Origin: the human T2T-CHM13v2.0 reference genome, Homo sapiens
DNA length: 64,000 nt
Direction: 5' to 3'
Assembly (NCBI GenBank): GCA_009914755.4
Contig: CP086569.2
Location: 23,744,001-23,808,000, forward strand
Both the position numbers and the translations under genes were made by a program. This document shows, piece after piece, positions 40,929-56,600 of the stretch (position 1 is its first letter; every line of letters starts with the position of its first letter). The notes below the pieces were generated by a model. That model was not told the origin of the DNA and ran no database searches. It saw only the letters and a list, made by a program, of their open reading frames with translations.

Positions 40929-41964
40929 TCAAATATTGCACTATAATTTATGTAAACACTCAAAAACAAACAAAACAAAAAAAGTAGCAAAACAACTTTG
41001 GAAAAAAAGAATATACTTAGATAAATACTTTTTATTTCAAAACATATTGCCAAGTTACAGTAATCAAAATAGTGTGGTGCTGGCATAAAGACAGTTAAAT
41101 CAATGTTAAGGCAAATAACAGAGGCCAGAATGAAACCCACATGCATAAAATTCAGCTTATCTTAAACAAACGTTCTAATTCCTCATGTTGCAGAACGTTC
41201 TCCTTCAGCAAAATTGGGTTCTTGTCACATGACTAGGAAAGATTAGGCTCAGGGACACTCCTGAAGGATAAAGAGTAGAGCTGATTGGGTAAAAGAAAAG
41301 AAAAAAAGAAAAACTCTCAACGAAGTGAGTGGGAGTCGTGTTTACCAGGCCCCCACTTCACGGATTGCTGAACACCAGACCATCACACAGGAACTGATGA
41401 AGCCAGGCTCCTCCTCCCTGCACAAGGGGTAAAGTTTCCATGGCCTTCCAAGCCTCCACTCCCTTCCCCCAGTTTTCAGATGGAAATTATTCAAAGAGAA
41501 TCTGTTGGAAAAAGGCAGGCTTCATCTAGCACAAGCACTCGATTTTTCAGCCTTCAGGCTGTTTTAGGCTTGAAGATGGGGTTTTGTCCAAGACACTTGG
41601 CTGTTTTCTAACTCTGTTATTTTCCACTGTCAATAAGTATATCTAACTGCTGTTAGAATAAGGATAAAGATGAGGACAAAAACCACTTTTAAGTGCTTCC
41701 TGATGACAGGGGGCACTGTTGTGAAATAAATGGCAGTCAGTTATTCCTTAGAGGCCTAAGTGTCTCCAGTGAAAGGGGCCATTGTCTCAGCCTATGGTAG
41801 TGTGACTGTTTGAAGTTTGATAGCCTGAAGGTGAGGAGAATCAAACTGTGTTACTAAAAAGCACGTATTAAAATGAACCAAGGGAAATGTGGAAGAGACA
41901 GCTCAAAAAAAATCCAGGGTTTTCACCAGTTTGCATAGGTAGAGGGAGGCCAAAAGCCCAACAG

Positions 41965-41998
41965 GAAAAAATAAAAGAAAGAAAGAAAAAGAAAAGGA

Positions 41999-42074
<76 letters not shown>

Positions 42075-42076
42075 AA
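41965..42076. repeat. (GAAA)n tetranucleotide microsatellite (~20 pure units plus impure flank)
   Basis: gaaagaaagaaagaaag... is visible directly. ORF 41887..42240 (KERKKERKK) is its translation. Confidence 0.95.
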
Positions 42077-44639
42077 AAACTTTTACCCTTTTGACAGCAT
42101 ATGAGACTTCTGGGTTCTTTTCTCCTGGGTCCAATCCTAAGCTGTCCAGTTTAATGTTTGGGAAATTAACTCTTCCAAACTTGGAGGATGCATTGAAGAG
42201 GAATGTCCCAAAACATGGAGATGTGATTACCTATCTCTAAACAGCAAACGGAGGAGAAAAAATGAAAAGTTAGCATTTTTTCAAAGGAGTTCCAAGGGTT
42301 CAGGATGCATTCAAAATGGGTCTAGACTAAAAATGAATGGTTACTTATCTTGAAAGAGATAGAGGAGCAGGAGTCCCTGGCTCCTTTCTCTTCCTAGCAA
42401 TTTCCCAGGGTGTGTTGAGCTATAGGAGAAAGAATATTCTTTTTCCCACTTCAATCCTTGTATCCCCAAGTCCCACTGATTGTAACAGGGTGCCTCCCAT
42501 GGGTGTCGAGGCAGCTTTCACCAATGTTAACAGGGAGGCCTAAGGGGGTGGATATATCTGCTCTTACACATGTGTACCCTTTCTTCCCTGCTGTCAGTAG
42601 CTCTGGAGTTCACTGGACCTCATTTATGGCATGGATAGTAGCATAATCTTTATCCATGAAATCGGGGGCTTGGCTTAATCCCTGGGAATTAGTTATGCTC
42701 ACCAGCATTGTGCTTTTTTACCTCCATTATCACCTGCCTCTGGATTTCTCAAATTTTTTACTTTTTTCTATGGTGTCAAACAGAAGCTTAGAATTGAGGC
42801 TGGGGCAAAAATGTGTCTCAGGGCATTGCATGGACTCTTTATCATGAGCTGAATGCTAAGATGAAGCTGTGGAATTGAGTTCTTCTTCTACAAGGGTGAG
42901 AAAAGAATGACTGTGACATACTGAGGAAACTAGTGGCTATAGTTGTGCTTCATAAAATTTAGGTGGGCACCCTATATATTCCCATCACTCTGCAGAATTT
43001 GCAGGATAATTGTCCAGAATTATAATGTTAATCCAGATTTTCATGTGTACCAATTCATTTTTGTTTATTGTGGGCTGCAGTTGAAGATCATTAGTGGGGT
43101 CACAGAAATAAGCAAGATTGTTCTAAAAAGTAGGCAACAATGCAAAACTTGTGAGTTTAGAATTTAATGACAAATATATAATAAGTTGTGAAACATAAAC
43201 TTTATCCAGTCCTCTTCTATTAAAAAATAAATCATGATAGGACTGAGTTGTTTGTAAAATAAACTTTATTCTGATACTGGGCCTGATTATTTGCATAAAA
43301 TGCAGCAAGAATAATTATTTCTAGATAGGTCTTTTACATTGGCTTTGATGGAACTCTGTTCCACAAGAAATTTCAGATGGGACTTTCTAAAGTCAAGCCC
43401 AGCCACGGGTTTGTACAATCAGATAATTTTTAGTTGGGTGATTCTCTGCTCTTATGGTCCCAAGATAAACTTGGAGCTCCTGGGCCTGTCAGAAAGTGTC
43501 ATTATTTAGTTACCACAGATCAGGAACCCTGCTAAAGGACTGTTTAGATGAGGTATAAAGCCAATTTTTCCACTGGGATTTTCTTGGTTCTGCAAGTTGA
43601 TCTTGACTCCTTAAAGGGAAGCTTATTTTTTAGTCAAGGCCTTGTTCAAACAACCAGTTTCTCCAGTTGTGTTCTGTTGGAAGAGAAATTGGACTGTTAT
43701 TGCACTGATACAAACACCTATATTGCCACAAGTTAAGAACACTCACAACTATTTTTCGAATTCAGGAGAAGTCCTGCCGAGAAAGGCAAACGTGATCCAA
43801 ATTGTGCACACATGAGTACACCTTGCTCACATATTAAAGGCTGTAAGTATCTCAAGATGTTTCCTTGACTCTGGTAAATAATACAAGAATGAGTAATGTC
43901 TCAAACAAAAGTCAGAAGGGCTACTTCAATTTTCTATTAGTCCGGTCCATTCAGTCAACTCTTCTTTTGTTTGATATTCATACATATTTTAGCTCTTTGA
44001 GAGTCCTGTAAGTTTTTCCTGTATTTCAATGTCACAAGCTCCAAAGTTATCGGAAGCCTGCAATTGAGAGCACCTATTAAAGATCTATAGCTGATTAAAA
44101 AGCACTTCATAAAAAAATCAAAAAAGGAATAATTATCTGTGTATTACAAAGTGTGCAAGGTAGTTACAGTCAGAAATATGACAAAAATTTTCGTTATCTA
44201 TATGGTTTGCAATAAATTAACCTAACAACCTTAATTGTGGATGATAGCATATACTTCAGACATTAGAATTTTAGAAATCCCATATAATTTTAGAACATGT
44301 ATTAGTATTAGTCACCAAAATATCACCTAAAAATATTGAACACCATTTGGCAATTCCGTGTAACTAATCATGCCATATAATCCTGTTTATCTCTCTTGTT
44401 GATACTCTATGGGCCCTCTGTAGCATCCAAAAGCTAGAAATAAAGAAAGATAATTTTGTAACTACAGTGTGGTTTTGAGAAGGATGTTACAACTTAGAGG
44501 TTTAAAAATCCTGAAATAAAATTCCAGATTTTCCTAAATTACTTATTTAACAAAAATGATGACTTAGAAATGGAAAAGATATAATTTTTATAAATTATTT
44601 TATAATTCTTTACAAATGTTGGTAAGGAACAGATTAGTG

Positions 44640-47600
44640 CCTTAAGAGTACCTTGTTGGGCTTTTATTTCAATGTTCAATTTACAAGCATCTCACAGACA
44701 TGGTAATGACTGTCATATGTGGGCCTCACACATAGAAGTATTTTCAACTTCCATAAATTGCTTTTGAAACATGAATGATTAAATCTCTTTCTGGTAATAA
44801 AAAAGTTCAAAGAAGACTATAGCAGCCTCAAGTATTTTATAATGTCCTCAGCTTGTACAGAAATTGTTATGATGGAATGCAGCAGAAAGGCATAATTCTG
44901 AGTCTCATATGCACACTGATCTGACAGTAAGGAATGTCACCATCTTAAATATATGAAGCCAACTGTCACTCATAAAAACAACTAATGTGTGGTATTGTAA
45001 ATCTTACCCTGGGAGTTTTCCGCCAGTGTGCTTGTGATTTAATATTTTGTGAATCACCCATATGATTTGACTCTCTGGAAGGGTTTCAGCCCACATATGT
45101 TATTGTGGTATCTACCTGGGCCAACCTTGAGGTGATGTGACTCTCCCATCTGGGACCTACTCCCAGTAAAAATCACGAAAAATCACTACCTCCAGCACAC
45201 AGGTCATGTTATATTTTTGCCTAAGCTATGCCCACAGAAATTATTGTGACATATCACTGTGTCAGCCCTGTAGGTGATGCAACTCTCCTCATTAGATTGG
45301 GCTGTGCACAGAGTATGGTATACTCACATATGGCTGCACTAGGGTCACAGATGATGGAACTCCTTTGCTGGGACCTTATCCTAAAAAGGGTATTGTGACA
45401 AATCTCTTGGCCTATCCTCTAGGTGATATAACTTGCTGCTTGAGTCCTGCCACATGGAGCATTGTGACATAAGTGTGAAAACTGTAACTATTTGTTGTAA
45501 CTCTCTCACCCATGTCCTGTCCTAAGGGAGCATTGTGACATATCTCAGGAACCAGCATAAAGGTGAAGTGACTCTTTTGCCTGACTTCTCCTGATATGTT
45601 AGATTGTGTTATAAACCTAGGGAAGCACCTAGGTGATATGACTCTTCTCTTCTGCCTCAGCCCTGCCTACTTGAGACATTGGGTCATATATCTGAGCCTG
45701 TGTTCTAAGTGATGTGTCTGTTTTCTTCTGCCTGAGCCCTTACCGTGGGATGCTGTGACATATTGCTAAGCCCAATACTTAGATTAAATGACTGTTCTTT
45801 TTCCAAATCATGCCAATAAAATAAATTTTGCTGTATTGCAGGGTACAGCACCCAGATGATGTACCTTTTCTGCCTGAGTCCTGCAGAAAGAGATAATTAT
45901 GGCACATTGCTGGGCCCATCACCCTGAAGATATAACTCTCCTGCTTGTACCAGAGCAACTGAAAGTATTTTTATATATCTTGGGCCCATCCTGTAGGTGT
46001 TTTTGCTGTCCTTATTTGTTTGGGCTTGTTTTTCCACATTTGAGATTGTGTCATATTGCTGGGTCCAGCACTCCAGCACCCAGTTAATGTAACCCTCATT
46101 TCTAGACCCTGCCTAGAGAGGGTATTGTGACATATTGCTTGCCACAGCATGTAAGTTGTGCTACTTTTCCACTAAGTTTTTTTTTCTACAAATGAGATTA
46201 TGATACTTACATTGCTTCAACTCAGTGGCATCATGATCAAACATAATTGGCATTCCACCAATAGTAGACTTTTCCCTCTCATAGCTGTGCTTAGGGCAAT
46301 AGTTACAGTTATGAGATGCATATTTGCACAAAGCTCACAGAAATTTACAACACTAACTCATAGTCTATAAACTTGGGTGGTACACAGAGTTTTATAATAG
46401 AGCTCAGCAAAAGATTAAAATTGTGACCCTTGATTACAAATGCAGGTGAGAGAAAAAGTTTTTAGCATCTCATATTTATAAAGCCCACTGTTGAAGTTCT
46501 GACTCTAAGAAGTAAATAAAGTACAACGATGGAATTGTGACTCTCATATGTGGATCTTGCTACAGATGAGATGGTGACTCATTTCTGGACCCAGATTATA
46601 GGCACCATAATGGGTTTTCTGTCTGAACCCAGCCTATAAGAGAACTGTTGATTATCATAACAGGGTTTACATCAATATGTATGTTTTGGGTCAAACGAGC
46701 ATGTAGGCTTCAGAGTGGTTTGTAACACTAAGGTATTTTGCATAAAGCCTTCAGATGTTGTAGAGTGTCTCATAAGATGACTGAGAACACACTTGAGATT
46801 GTGACTCTTACATACATAACAAACTAACAGTTAAATGTGTCACCTAAAGGATAAATTGATAGTGTCATATGACAAAGCCCAGCACCCCGGTGTTGAGAGT
46901 CTTGGCTTAGATTCTTTCCCATGGGTGTATTGTGAAATATTGCTGGGTTAGAATCATAAAAAGGTGACTCTTCTTCACGGATCCAGCCAACAGGGGATAT
47001 TGTAACATATCTCTGGGCCTATCAGCTAGGTGATATGTCTCTCCTCTCACAGTGTTCTCTCACAGGGGACACCGACATTTTGCTGGATATAGTATCTAGG
47101 TAATGTGCTCTCCTCTCCTGCCTGGATCTCACCTACCTAGGAAATTGTGACATACCACTGAGTGCAAAACCTAGGTGGTGTGACTCTCCTCTTTGTGCTG
47201 GAATCTGCTATAAGAGGGAATTATAACATATTGCAGAGCCCAGCACCTAGGGAATGTGACTACCCTCTATTTTTTCAACCCTGTATACAATGGTCAAGAT
47301 GATATATTATTTGAGACTGTACCCAGGAGATATGAGCCTTCTGACTGGATCCTGCCTAAAAAGAAGATATAATGTATTTCTGGCTAAGGACACAGATGAT
47401 GTGACTTTTCTATCTTGTCTATGTCCAAAGATGAAATTCTAACATATACCTGGATTCAGCTGATATGCACAATAATAACTCATGCATGACCCATCCAAGG
47501 GAGATATTGTGAATCTCAGAGCCAGTTTATGGCCATGAGTAAAGTCTCAGATCTCTGTAAAATTAGATGTCTGTAAAAATTCAGACAAATGTATCCTACT

Positions 47601-50600
47601 CAGGTGTATCATTTAAGGTCTGTGTGGTACAAAGTGTGTCATAACAGGCACCAGCAACCAGGTGTTACACACATCGAGTTGTCACAGTTGTCATTTTCAC
47701 ACATGAACAGAGCCTATGAATGAGTTAAAAAATCTCACACACATAAGCAGTTGAAGCTGGAATTTGTTACCGTCATATATGAATCTGATCCACAGATGCT
47801 GTGGTGAAATTTACCCACGATTCTCCAGACCAGTGGTGCTTTGACTGTCCTACTGGAACACAACCTTCAATGTGATTGGGGCTGTTACACATGTATCTTG
47901 CCCATTGTTGAGATTATGACTTCTTTACTTCGACCCAACTCATAGGAGGTGTTGACTCTCATACCCGAAGCCAGAAGTTGTGTGGGCCTGTAAAATTTAT
48001 TTCTGAACATTTTCAAGTGTGTGATTGTGAAGTTTGACTTTGTCCAGCATCTGAGTATTTTGACTCTCCTTTCTAGGCCAAGCCTAGAAATTGTGACATA
48101 CATGCACCAGCACCTAAGCAATGTATAACAACTTTTTGTCAATGCAACTAGGGGCCCTTTTACATGTTACTGGTACCAGCAACCAGCTGGTGTGAAATGT
48201 TGGCCTAAACCCTGCCTACAAAGAGCATTATGGATTTTATCCAGATCCATCATGTAAATAATGTGAGTTCCTTCTACTGCCTTGGCCCTGCAATTATGCT
48301 GTATTGTGACACACTGCATTCAGGTGATGTGAGAGTTTTTGAGGGGAGTTCTGCCAATAGAAAGCTATGTAACAAATCACTTGGCTCAGCCCCTAGGTGC
48401 TGTTTCTCCTCTCTTGCCTTGACCCTGACCACCAGAGAGACTTTGACATATTGCTTAGCCCAGCACCAAGGTGAGTTCACTCTCCTGTCTTGATCCTGCA
48501 CACAATGGCCATTGTGACATATATCAAGGCCAATTGCCCATGTGCAGTTTGTCTCCTCTCTTGCCTAAGCCTTGCCAACAGAGAGGATTTAGATATGTCA
48601 CTGAAGCCAGCATCCAGGTGATTGACTCTTCTCCAAGAGTCCCACCCACAAGGAGAATTGTGAAATTTCACTGGACGTGCACACACTTAAATGATGTGAC
48701 TTTCCTTACTTTCTTCTCCTTCCCCACAAGTGGTAATGTGCCATATACTTGAGAACAAATAAAAGGTCTAATAATGACTCTTGTACCAGGAACCAGGTCA
48801 CGTGCAGGATTGTGACTCTCAACACTGAACCTTTTCACAGGTGTTATTCTGACGTTTATTTTTGCCCAGCTCTTGAGTCACTTAATAATCCTGCCTATTT
48901 AGAGTCCAGATGTGACATTTTTACATACAATTGGGCCAAAACCTTGGGGATTTGACTTTTGTCTTAACAGTGTTCTCCGAAGGGATCATAACATATCTCT
49001 GGACCTATGATCTAGGTTATGCGACTTTCCTCTCCTGACTGCACGCTGATTAAAGCAAAGAGTGTGGCATTTCTAAGCACGCATCCAAATGATATGACCC
49101 TTTTTCCTGGGCCATTACAACAGAAGGCATTATGATATATCTCTGCACCCATCATCTAGGTGATATGACTCTCCTCTCCTGCCCGGACACTCTTCACAAG
49201 TAACATTACAGCATAGAGCTTGGCATAACACCTAAGTTCTGTTACTTCTCCGTTAGGGCCTTGCATACAAAGAGAATATTGGAATATTTCTGGCTTAGGA
49301 TTTAGGTGATGTAGTGTCCTGCCTATTTAGTAACCACAGAGGGCATGGTGACATATACCTAGGCACAGCTAACAGGCATGATAATGACTCTCATATGTGG
49401 ACACAGCCAATAGGAGAAATTTTGACTCTTACAACTAGGTTTAGAGACATGAGTGACATGAAGCATCTCCTACTGTTAACAATGTCACAGAAGATTACAA
49501 CACTCACACCTTCTTATAACACCTGTAAGTAGTATAGAGAGTGTCATAGCAGGGCCTAGGATAAAGAGGAAATCGTGAGTCTCGTTTGGACACCCAGCTG
49601 ACTGGAAGGATTTTCACAATCACAGATGTATAAAAGCTACTGTTCTACATGAAAACAAGACACATGTGGCATTATAAGTCTAATCCCTAGAAATTTATTT
49701 TATCATGACTGTGATCTAAAACTCTTCCATGCGCTTTTTTGATTTCACTCTTTGGACTGGTTCCAGCCTACACATGGAATTTTGATATCTACCTGGGCCA
49801 ACATTGAAGTCTTGTGATTCTTCTGCCTGGCCTGCTCTCAGGAAGAATTGTGACATCATTGGATCCAGTACTTAGGTGACGTTACATTCATGCTTGCCCC
49901 ATGCCCACACACATCCTTGTGACATATTATGTTGTCCATCACTGAGGTGATATAACTTTCCTCTCTGAAACGGGCCCTGCACACAGGGCAGGAGAGTGAC
50001 ATATTCATAAGCCAGGCACACAGGTAATGATACTTTTCTTTGCCAGGGCCATGCACAAAAGATAAGATTATGACATGTTACAGGGCCTATTGTATAGGTG
50101 ATATGGCTCTCCTGCTTGAAAACTGCCCACTGGAATAGTGACATATTGCTAGACCAGGTGACAAAGGTGATTGTACTCTTTTGCCAAGACCATGGTTTCA
50201 GGAAGGTTATGTGACATATATCTGGGCCTATCACCTAGGTGATGTGAATTCCTTCATAGGCTGCCCACATGGAGCATTGTAACATAAGGGTGGAACCTGT
50301 TCCTAGGTGATGTAACTCTCTTGCCTAGGTCCTTTTCTAAGGGGGATTTGTGAATATCTCAGGACCCAGGACCAGGTGATGTGATTCTTCAGCCTGGCTT
50401 CTTCCCACATACTAAATTGTGACCTATACCTAAAGAAGCACCTAGGTGATACGACTCACTTTTTTTGCCTGAGCCCTGCCTACAAATGACTTTGGGTCAT
50501 ATCATTGAGCCCATGACCTAAGTAATTTGACTCACTTCTTCTGTCTGTAGTTTTACAGTGGGAGAATTGTGATGTATTGAGAAGCCCCGTACTTAGGTTG

Positions 50601-53600
50601 TGTGACTCTCATGTTCTTGCTAAAGAGTGCCCATGAACAGGGCTTTTGCTGTATATCAGGACCCAACACCCAGATAATATTACTCTTCTGCCTAGCTCAT
50701 GGATAAAGAGGGAATTGTGGCATATTGCTTGGCCCAGGACCCTAAGAATATGACTCTTCTGTCCATGCCAGGGCCACAGAAGGTATTTTGACATGTCTTT
50801 TGCTCATTCTGTAGGTACTTTGGCACTAACCAGTTTGCTGGGTTTCTTCCACGTATTTTTGTGTCACATTGTGGGTTCCAGCCCCCGGTTAATGTGACCC
50901 CATTTCTTAGGCTCTGCCTAGGGAGGGCACTATGATATATTGCTTGGCACAACACCTAAATGGTGTTAACCTTCTGCCTAGTTTTTTGCCCACAAATGGG
51001 ATTATGACATACACTTTGCTTCAGCTCCAAGGCATGATGATCAAGCTTATTGTGGGATTAAGCCAATAGGGGACATTTTACCTTTTACCCCTAGGTTTAG
51101 GTCAATAGTTAAGGACCTTCATTTCATATTTGTTCAAAGATCACAGAATTTTACAACATTAACTCATATCCTACATTCACAAAGCTTATTGCTGAAGTCC
51201 TGAATTGATCAAGTCAATAGAACCGAAAGTTTGAATTGTGACTCTCATAAGTGAATCTGACTACAGGTGAAATGGTGGATCATTTCTACACCCATCTCAC
51301 AGGCCTAATAATGGTCTCAACCCTGATGCCAGCCTGTAGGAGACATGTTGCCTGACATACCTCAGTTTAGGGCAATATGTAAGATTATGAGTCCATATAA
51401 ACATGTAGCCCACAGAAAGTTTTGCAACACTCATGCCTGTTGCGTAAAGTTTTCAGATGTTGTAGAGAGTATCATACAATGGCAAGCACACTTGGGAGAT
51501 TGTGACTGTCATATACACAACTAGATAACAGTTTATGATGTCATGCTTAAAGATGAGGAGATTATGCCACATCCCTTGGCTTAGTATACCGGTATTGAGA
51601 CTTTTTGGTTTAAATTCTTTTCCATGAGGTCATTGTTACATATCACTGGATCAGAACCATGACAATGTGACTCTTCTATCTTGGCCCTGCAAAGAGCAGA
51701 TATTTTCACATATCTCTGCATCTATTGGCTAAGTGACATTTCCCTCCTGCCAGTGCCCTGCCCACAGGGGACACTGTGACATATTGCTACATATAGCATC
51801 TAGGTAATGTGACCCTCCTCTCCTGGATGGATCCTGTTGACTGAAGAAATTGTGACATACCACTGAGCACAAAGTCTAGGTGACATGGCTCTCTTCTTTG
51901 TTGTGTACTCTGCCAAAAGAGGGAATTATTACATATTATTGAGCCCAGCATGCTCGTGGTCTAATTCTTTTTTTTTTTTTTTTCTTTGAAGATGTCTACA
52001 TTGGGCATGGTGACATATTACTTGAGGCTATACCCAGGTGATGTGGCTCTTCTTCCTGGTTTCTGCCCACATGTTAGATTGTGACATATAACTAGAGAAG
52101 AATATAAGTGATATAACTCTTCTTTTCTACCTGAGCCCTGCATACAGGGGCACCGGGATGTTTCTCTGAGCCCATGACCTAAGTGAAGTGACTCTCTTCT
52201 CCTGCCTGGTCTTTACAATGAGAGGATGGTGACATTGGTGACATATGGCTGAGCCCAGCACTCGGGTTATTAGACAAACAAAGATTTTGACCTATTGCAG
52301 GGCCAAGCATGCAGATAACATTACTCTTTTGCCTGGGTCCTGCACATATGAGGGATTATGGCATATTTCTGGGCCCAGCACCCTAATAATGTGACTCTCA
52401 TGGCTGACCCAAAGCCACAGAAGGTATTGTGATATATCCTGGGCCCATTCTGTTGGAATTTTGGCTTTCATTTCTAGGTTGTCTTTTTCCACATATGGGA
52501 TTTTGTCATATTGCAGTTCCAACACCCAGTTAATGTTACTCTAATCCCTATACCCTTCTTAGAGAGGACATTGTGACATGATGCTTGTCACAGCACCCAA
52601 GTGATGTTACCTTCCTGACTCACTTTTTGACCACAAATGGGACTATGTCCTACACCTTACTTCAGTTCACAGGCATGATGGTCAAACTCATGCTGGGATT
52701 CAGCCAGTAGGATACATTTTGCCATTCATTACTAGGCTTAGGGAAATAGATGAGGTCCTGGGTTTCATATTTGCATCAAACTCAAAAACTTTACACTAAC
52801 TCATAATGTATACATTTCTTGGGTTGTAAAGAGAGTTTTATGAAAGAGATCATCAAAAGTTTAGATTAGGACTCTCCGTTAGACACCCAGGTGAAAGCAA
52901 ATGTCGTCACCATCCCACATGTACAAAGCCCACTATTAAGTTCCTAAGTCTAAAAGTGAATAGAGAACAAAATTGGAGTTGTGATCTTCATATGTTGATC
53001 TGGCCTCAAATGGGAGGGTGACTCACTTCTGGATCCAGCTTACAGGCAAAATAAGGGGTCTCATCCCTGAACCTAGCCTACAGAAGATATGTTGACTATC
53101 GTATCTGGGTTTATGGCAGTATATAAGATAATGAATCCATACAAGCATGTTGGCCTCAGAGTGGTTTGCAACTCTCACGAATGCTGTATAAAGCCTTTGA
53201 AAGTTGTAGAGTGTGATACAATGATCCAGGAAACACATGAGATTGTGTTTCTCATATTCACACCCAGCTCACAGTGAATCATGTCACTCTGAAAGACAAG
53301 GAGTTCTGGCATATTACGAAGCCTGTTACCAAGATGTTGAGACTTTTTGGCTTAAATTCCTTCCCATGGATTCACTGTGACATATCACTGGGTTAGAATC
53401 ATAATAATGTGACTCTTCTGCCTTGACGCTGCCAAGAGGGAATATTATCACATATCTCTGGGTCTATAAGCTAGGTGATTTGTCTCTTCTTTTTGTGCCC
53501 TGTCCCCAGGGGACATTGTGAAATATCGGTTTACATAATATTTAGAAAATGTGACTATCCTCTCCTGCCTGGGCCCTGCTCACCATAGAAGTTGTGACAT

Positions 53601-56600
53601 ACCGCTGATTGCAAAATCTAGGAGATGTAGCTCTCCTTCATATTCTAGACTCTTCCAAAAGAAGGATTATTACATATTGCCGAGCTCAGCATCTAGGTGG
53701 TGGAACACTCCTCTTTTTCTTCTTTCCTGTCTTTAGTGGGCTTGGTGACATACTGTTTGAGGCTGTACCCAGGTGATGTGACTCTTCTGACTAGGCCCAG
53801 CCAAAAAATGAGTATATACTGTATCACTGGCTCAGCACTCAGGTGATGTGATGTTACCCTTCTGATTAGCCCCAGACTACAAACAAGATTATACTATATA
53901 ACTGGCTCAGCACCCAACTGATGTGACTCTCCTGGCATTTTTTCTGCTCACAGATCCAGCTGTGACATGTACCTTGTTTAAGCACACATGCACAATAATA
54001 ATTCTCATACCTGGACCCATCCAGTAGAGATAACTGACTCTCACAGCCAGTCTCACAGCCATTGGTAAAGTCCTGGGCTTTTCACTTGTATAAATTTCAC
54101 GAAGGATTATAACACTCAGGTATATCACATAAAGCCTTAATGATACAAAGAGTGTAATAACAGAAAGCAGCAATGAGGTGAGAACACTTGTATGTACACC
54201 TAGCTGACACGATTGACATTCTCCCACATGAACAGGGCCTAGGAATGAGGTAATAAATCATGCACATAAAAAGCAGTCAAAGATTGAAATAATTACTCTT
54301 ATACATGGATCTGATTCACAGGTGGTTTGGTAACATACGAACCATGATTCAACACACCTGTAGTGCTGACTCCCCTACTGGAAAACCATCTTCAAGTGAG
54401 ATTGGGGCTCTTATACATGAATCTTGCTCGTTGCTGAGATTGTGACTCCTCTGCTTCAACCCAACTCACAGAAAAATTGAATCACTTACACAAAAGAAAT
54501 ACTTGTGTGGGATGTGGAACTTATTTCCAAATCTTTCTGAGAATATAAAAGGGAGAGGTAACTTTGCCTAGCACATGAATCGTCTGACTCTCTTTTCTAA
54601 TCCCAGACTAGATTTTGCCATATGTGAAACAAGCACCTAAGAAACATATAATAGTTTCCAGAACTCCCACTGCAAAGGTCACTTTTATATATCACTGGGA
54701 CAATCACCTAAGTGATGTAAATTATCTGCTGAAAACTGCCTACAAGAATTGTGTCTTAAATCTAGGTACATCACATAAGTGTAGTGAGTCCCTTCTACTG
54801 TCTTGGCCCTGCACTTACACTGAAATGTGACACATAACTGGGTGCTGCACCCATGTGACATGATTCTCCTTTTTGAGCTCTGCTAACAGGAAGCATTGGA
54901 ACATATCACTTGGCTCAGCACCTAGGTGATGTTTCTTCATATTTTCTCTGGGCCCTGACCATGGGGAAATTGTGACATATTGCTGCACCCAGCACTAAGT
55001 TGTGGTCACTCTACAGCCTTGGTCTTGCACATGAGGGTCATTGTGACATATATCTGCACCAGTTGCCTAGGCTAAGTGGTTCTCCTCTCTTGCCAAAGTT
55101 CTGCCCACATAGTGAGTTTTGATATGTCACTGCAAGCAGCATGCAGGTGATGTGGCTTTTCTGCCAGGGTCCTGCCCGCAAAGTGTATTGTGACATTTTA
55201 CTGGACCCGCACACACATAGCTGATGTGACTTTCTTGGCTACTCTCTGGCCACAGGTTACATTCTTGTCTGCAGCATGCCCACAAAAATTATTGTGACAT
55301 ATTTCTGTGTCCACCTCATAGGTGATGTAACTTTCCTCTCTGGAATGGGCCCTGCTCAAAGAAAAGGTAGTGACATGATTCAAGACTGAGAACACAGGTG
55401 AGGCTACTCTTTTGCCAAAGCCATGCCCAAAGGAGAGGATTCTGATGTATCTCTGGTTATGTGGCTCTCCTGCTTGGGTATTGCCAACCTGGAGCGTGAC
55501 ATGTTTCTAGGCCAGGCACACAGGTGATGGTACTCTTTTGCCAGGGCCATGCCTCATAGAGGACTTTGTGACATATCTCTGGCCCTATCACCTAGGTGTA
55601 GTCCATTCCTCCTTAGGCACTACCCACATGGAGCATTGTGGCATAGGCAGAGAACCTGCATGTAGGTGACGTAACTCCATTGTCTGGCAGCTGTTCTAAG
55701 AGAGCCTTGTGAAATATCTCAGCATGCAGAACCCAAGCTATGTGGCTCTCCTGTCTGTTTTCTGCCCACATGTAACATTGTGATATATTCCTCAGGAAGC
55801 ACCTAGGTGATATGAATCTCCTTGACTGCCTGAGCCCTGCCTACTGGGGTCATTGGGATATATCTCTGAGCCCATGACCAAAGTCATATGGCTCTCTTGT
55901 ACCAGGGCCTTTAAAATGGTGGGATTGTGACATGTTTCTGAGCCCAACATTTACATCATGTGACTCTACTCTTTTTTCTGAACCGTGACCGCAAAGAAAT
56001 TTTGACCTATTGCACTCAGATGATGTTATTTTTCTGCCAGAGTCCTGAATAAAGATAAAATTATTGCAGATGGTCAGCTGAGCACCCTGATGATGGTACT
56101 GTCCTATCTGTGCCAGAGCCACAGAGAGTATTTTTGACATGTCTTCGGCTTTTTCTGTAGGAGTTTTGGCTCTTATCCCTTGGCTAATATTTTTCACATG
56201 TGGAATTCTGTAATATTGCTGGGCGCAGCACCCAGTTAATGTAACACTCCTTCCTAGGTTCTGCCTAGAGAGGGCATTGTGACATGTCGATTGCCATATC
56301 GCCTATGTGATGTTACTCTTTTTCCTAATTTTTTGCCCACAAATGGTATTATGACATATACCTTGCTACAGCTTACAGGTATGATGGTCTCTTATATTAG
56401 GATTCAGGCAATAGAAGATATTTTGCCTCTCATCGCTAGGCTTAGGGCAACATGTAAAATTCTGGGTTGGAAATTTCTTCAAAGCTCACAGAAGTTTACA
56501 ACACAAATTTGTCTTGTATAAACTACTTGGGTGATACAGGGTTTCATAACAAGGCCCAGCAAAGAGTTAAGATTGTGACTGTCAATTACACACCTAGGTG

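Noticed and set aside
41887-42240. ORF encoding KERKKERKKERKK... (117 aa)
   Set aside because: It is the direct translation of the (GAAA)n microsatellite and is not a coding gene.
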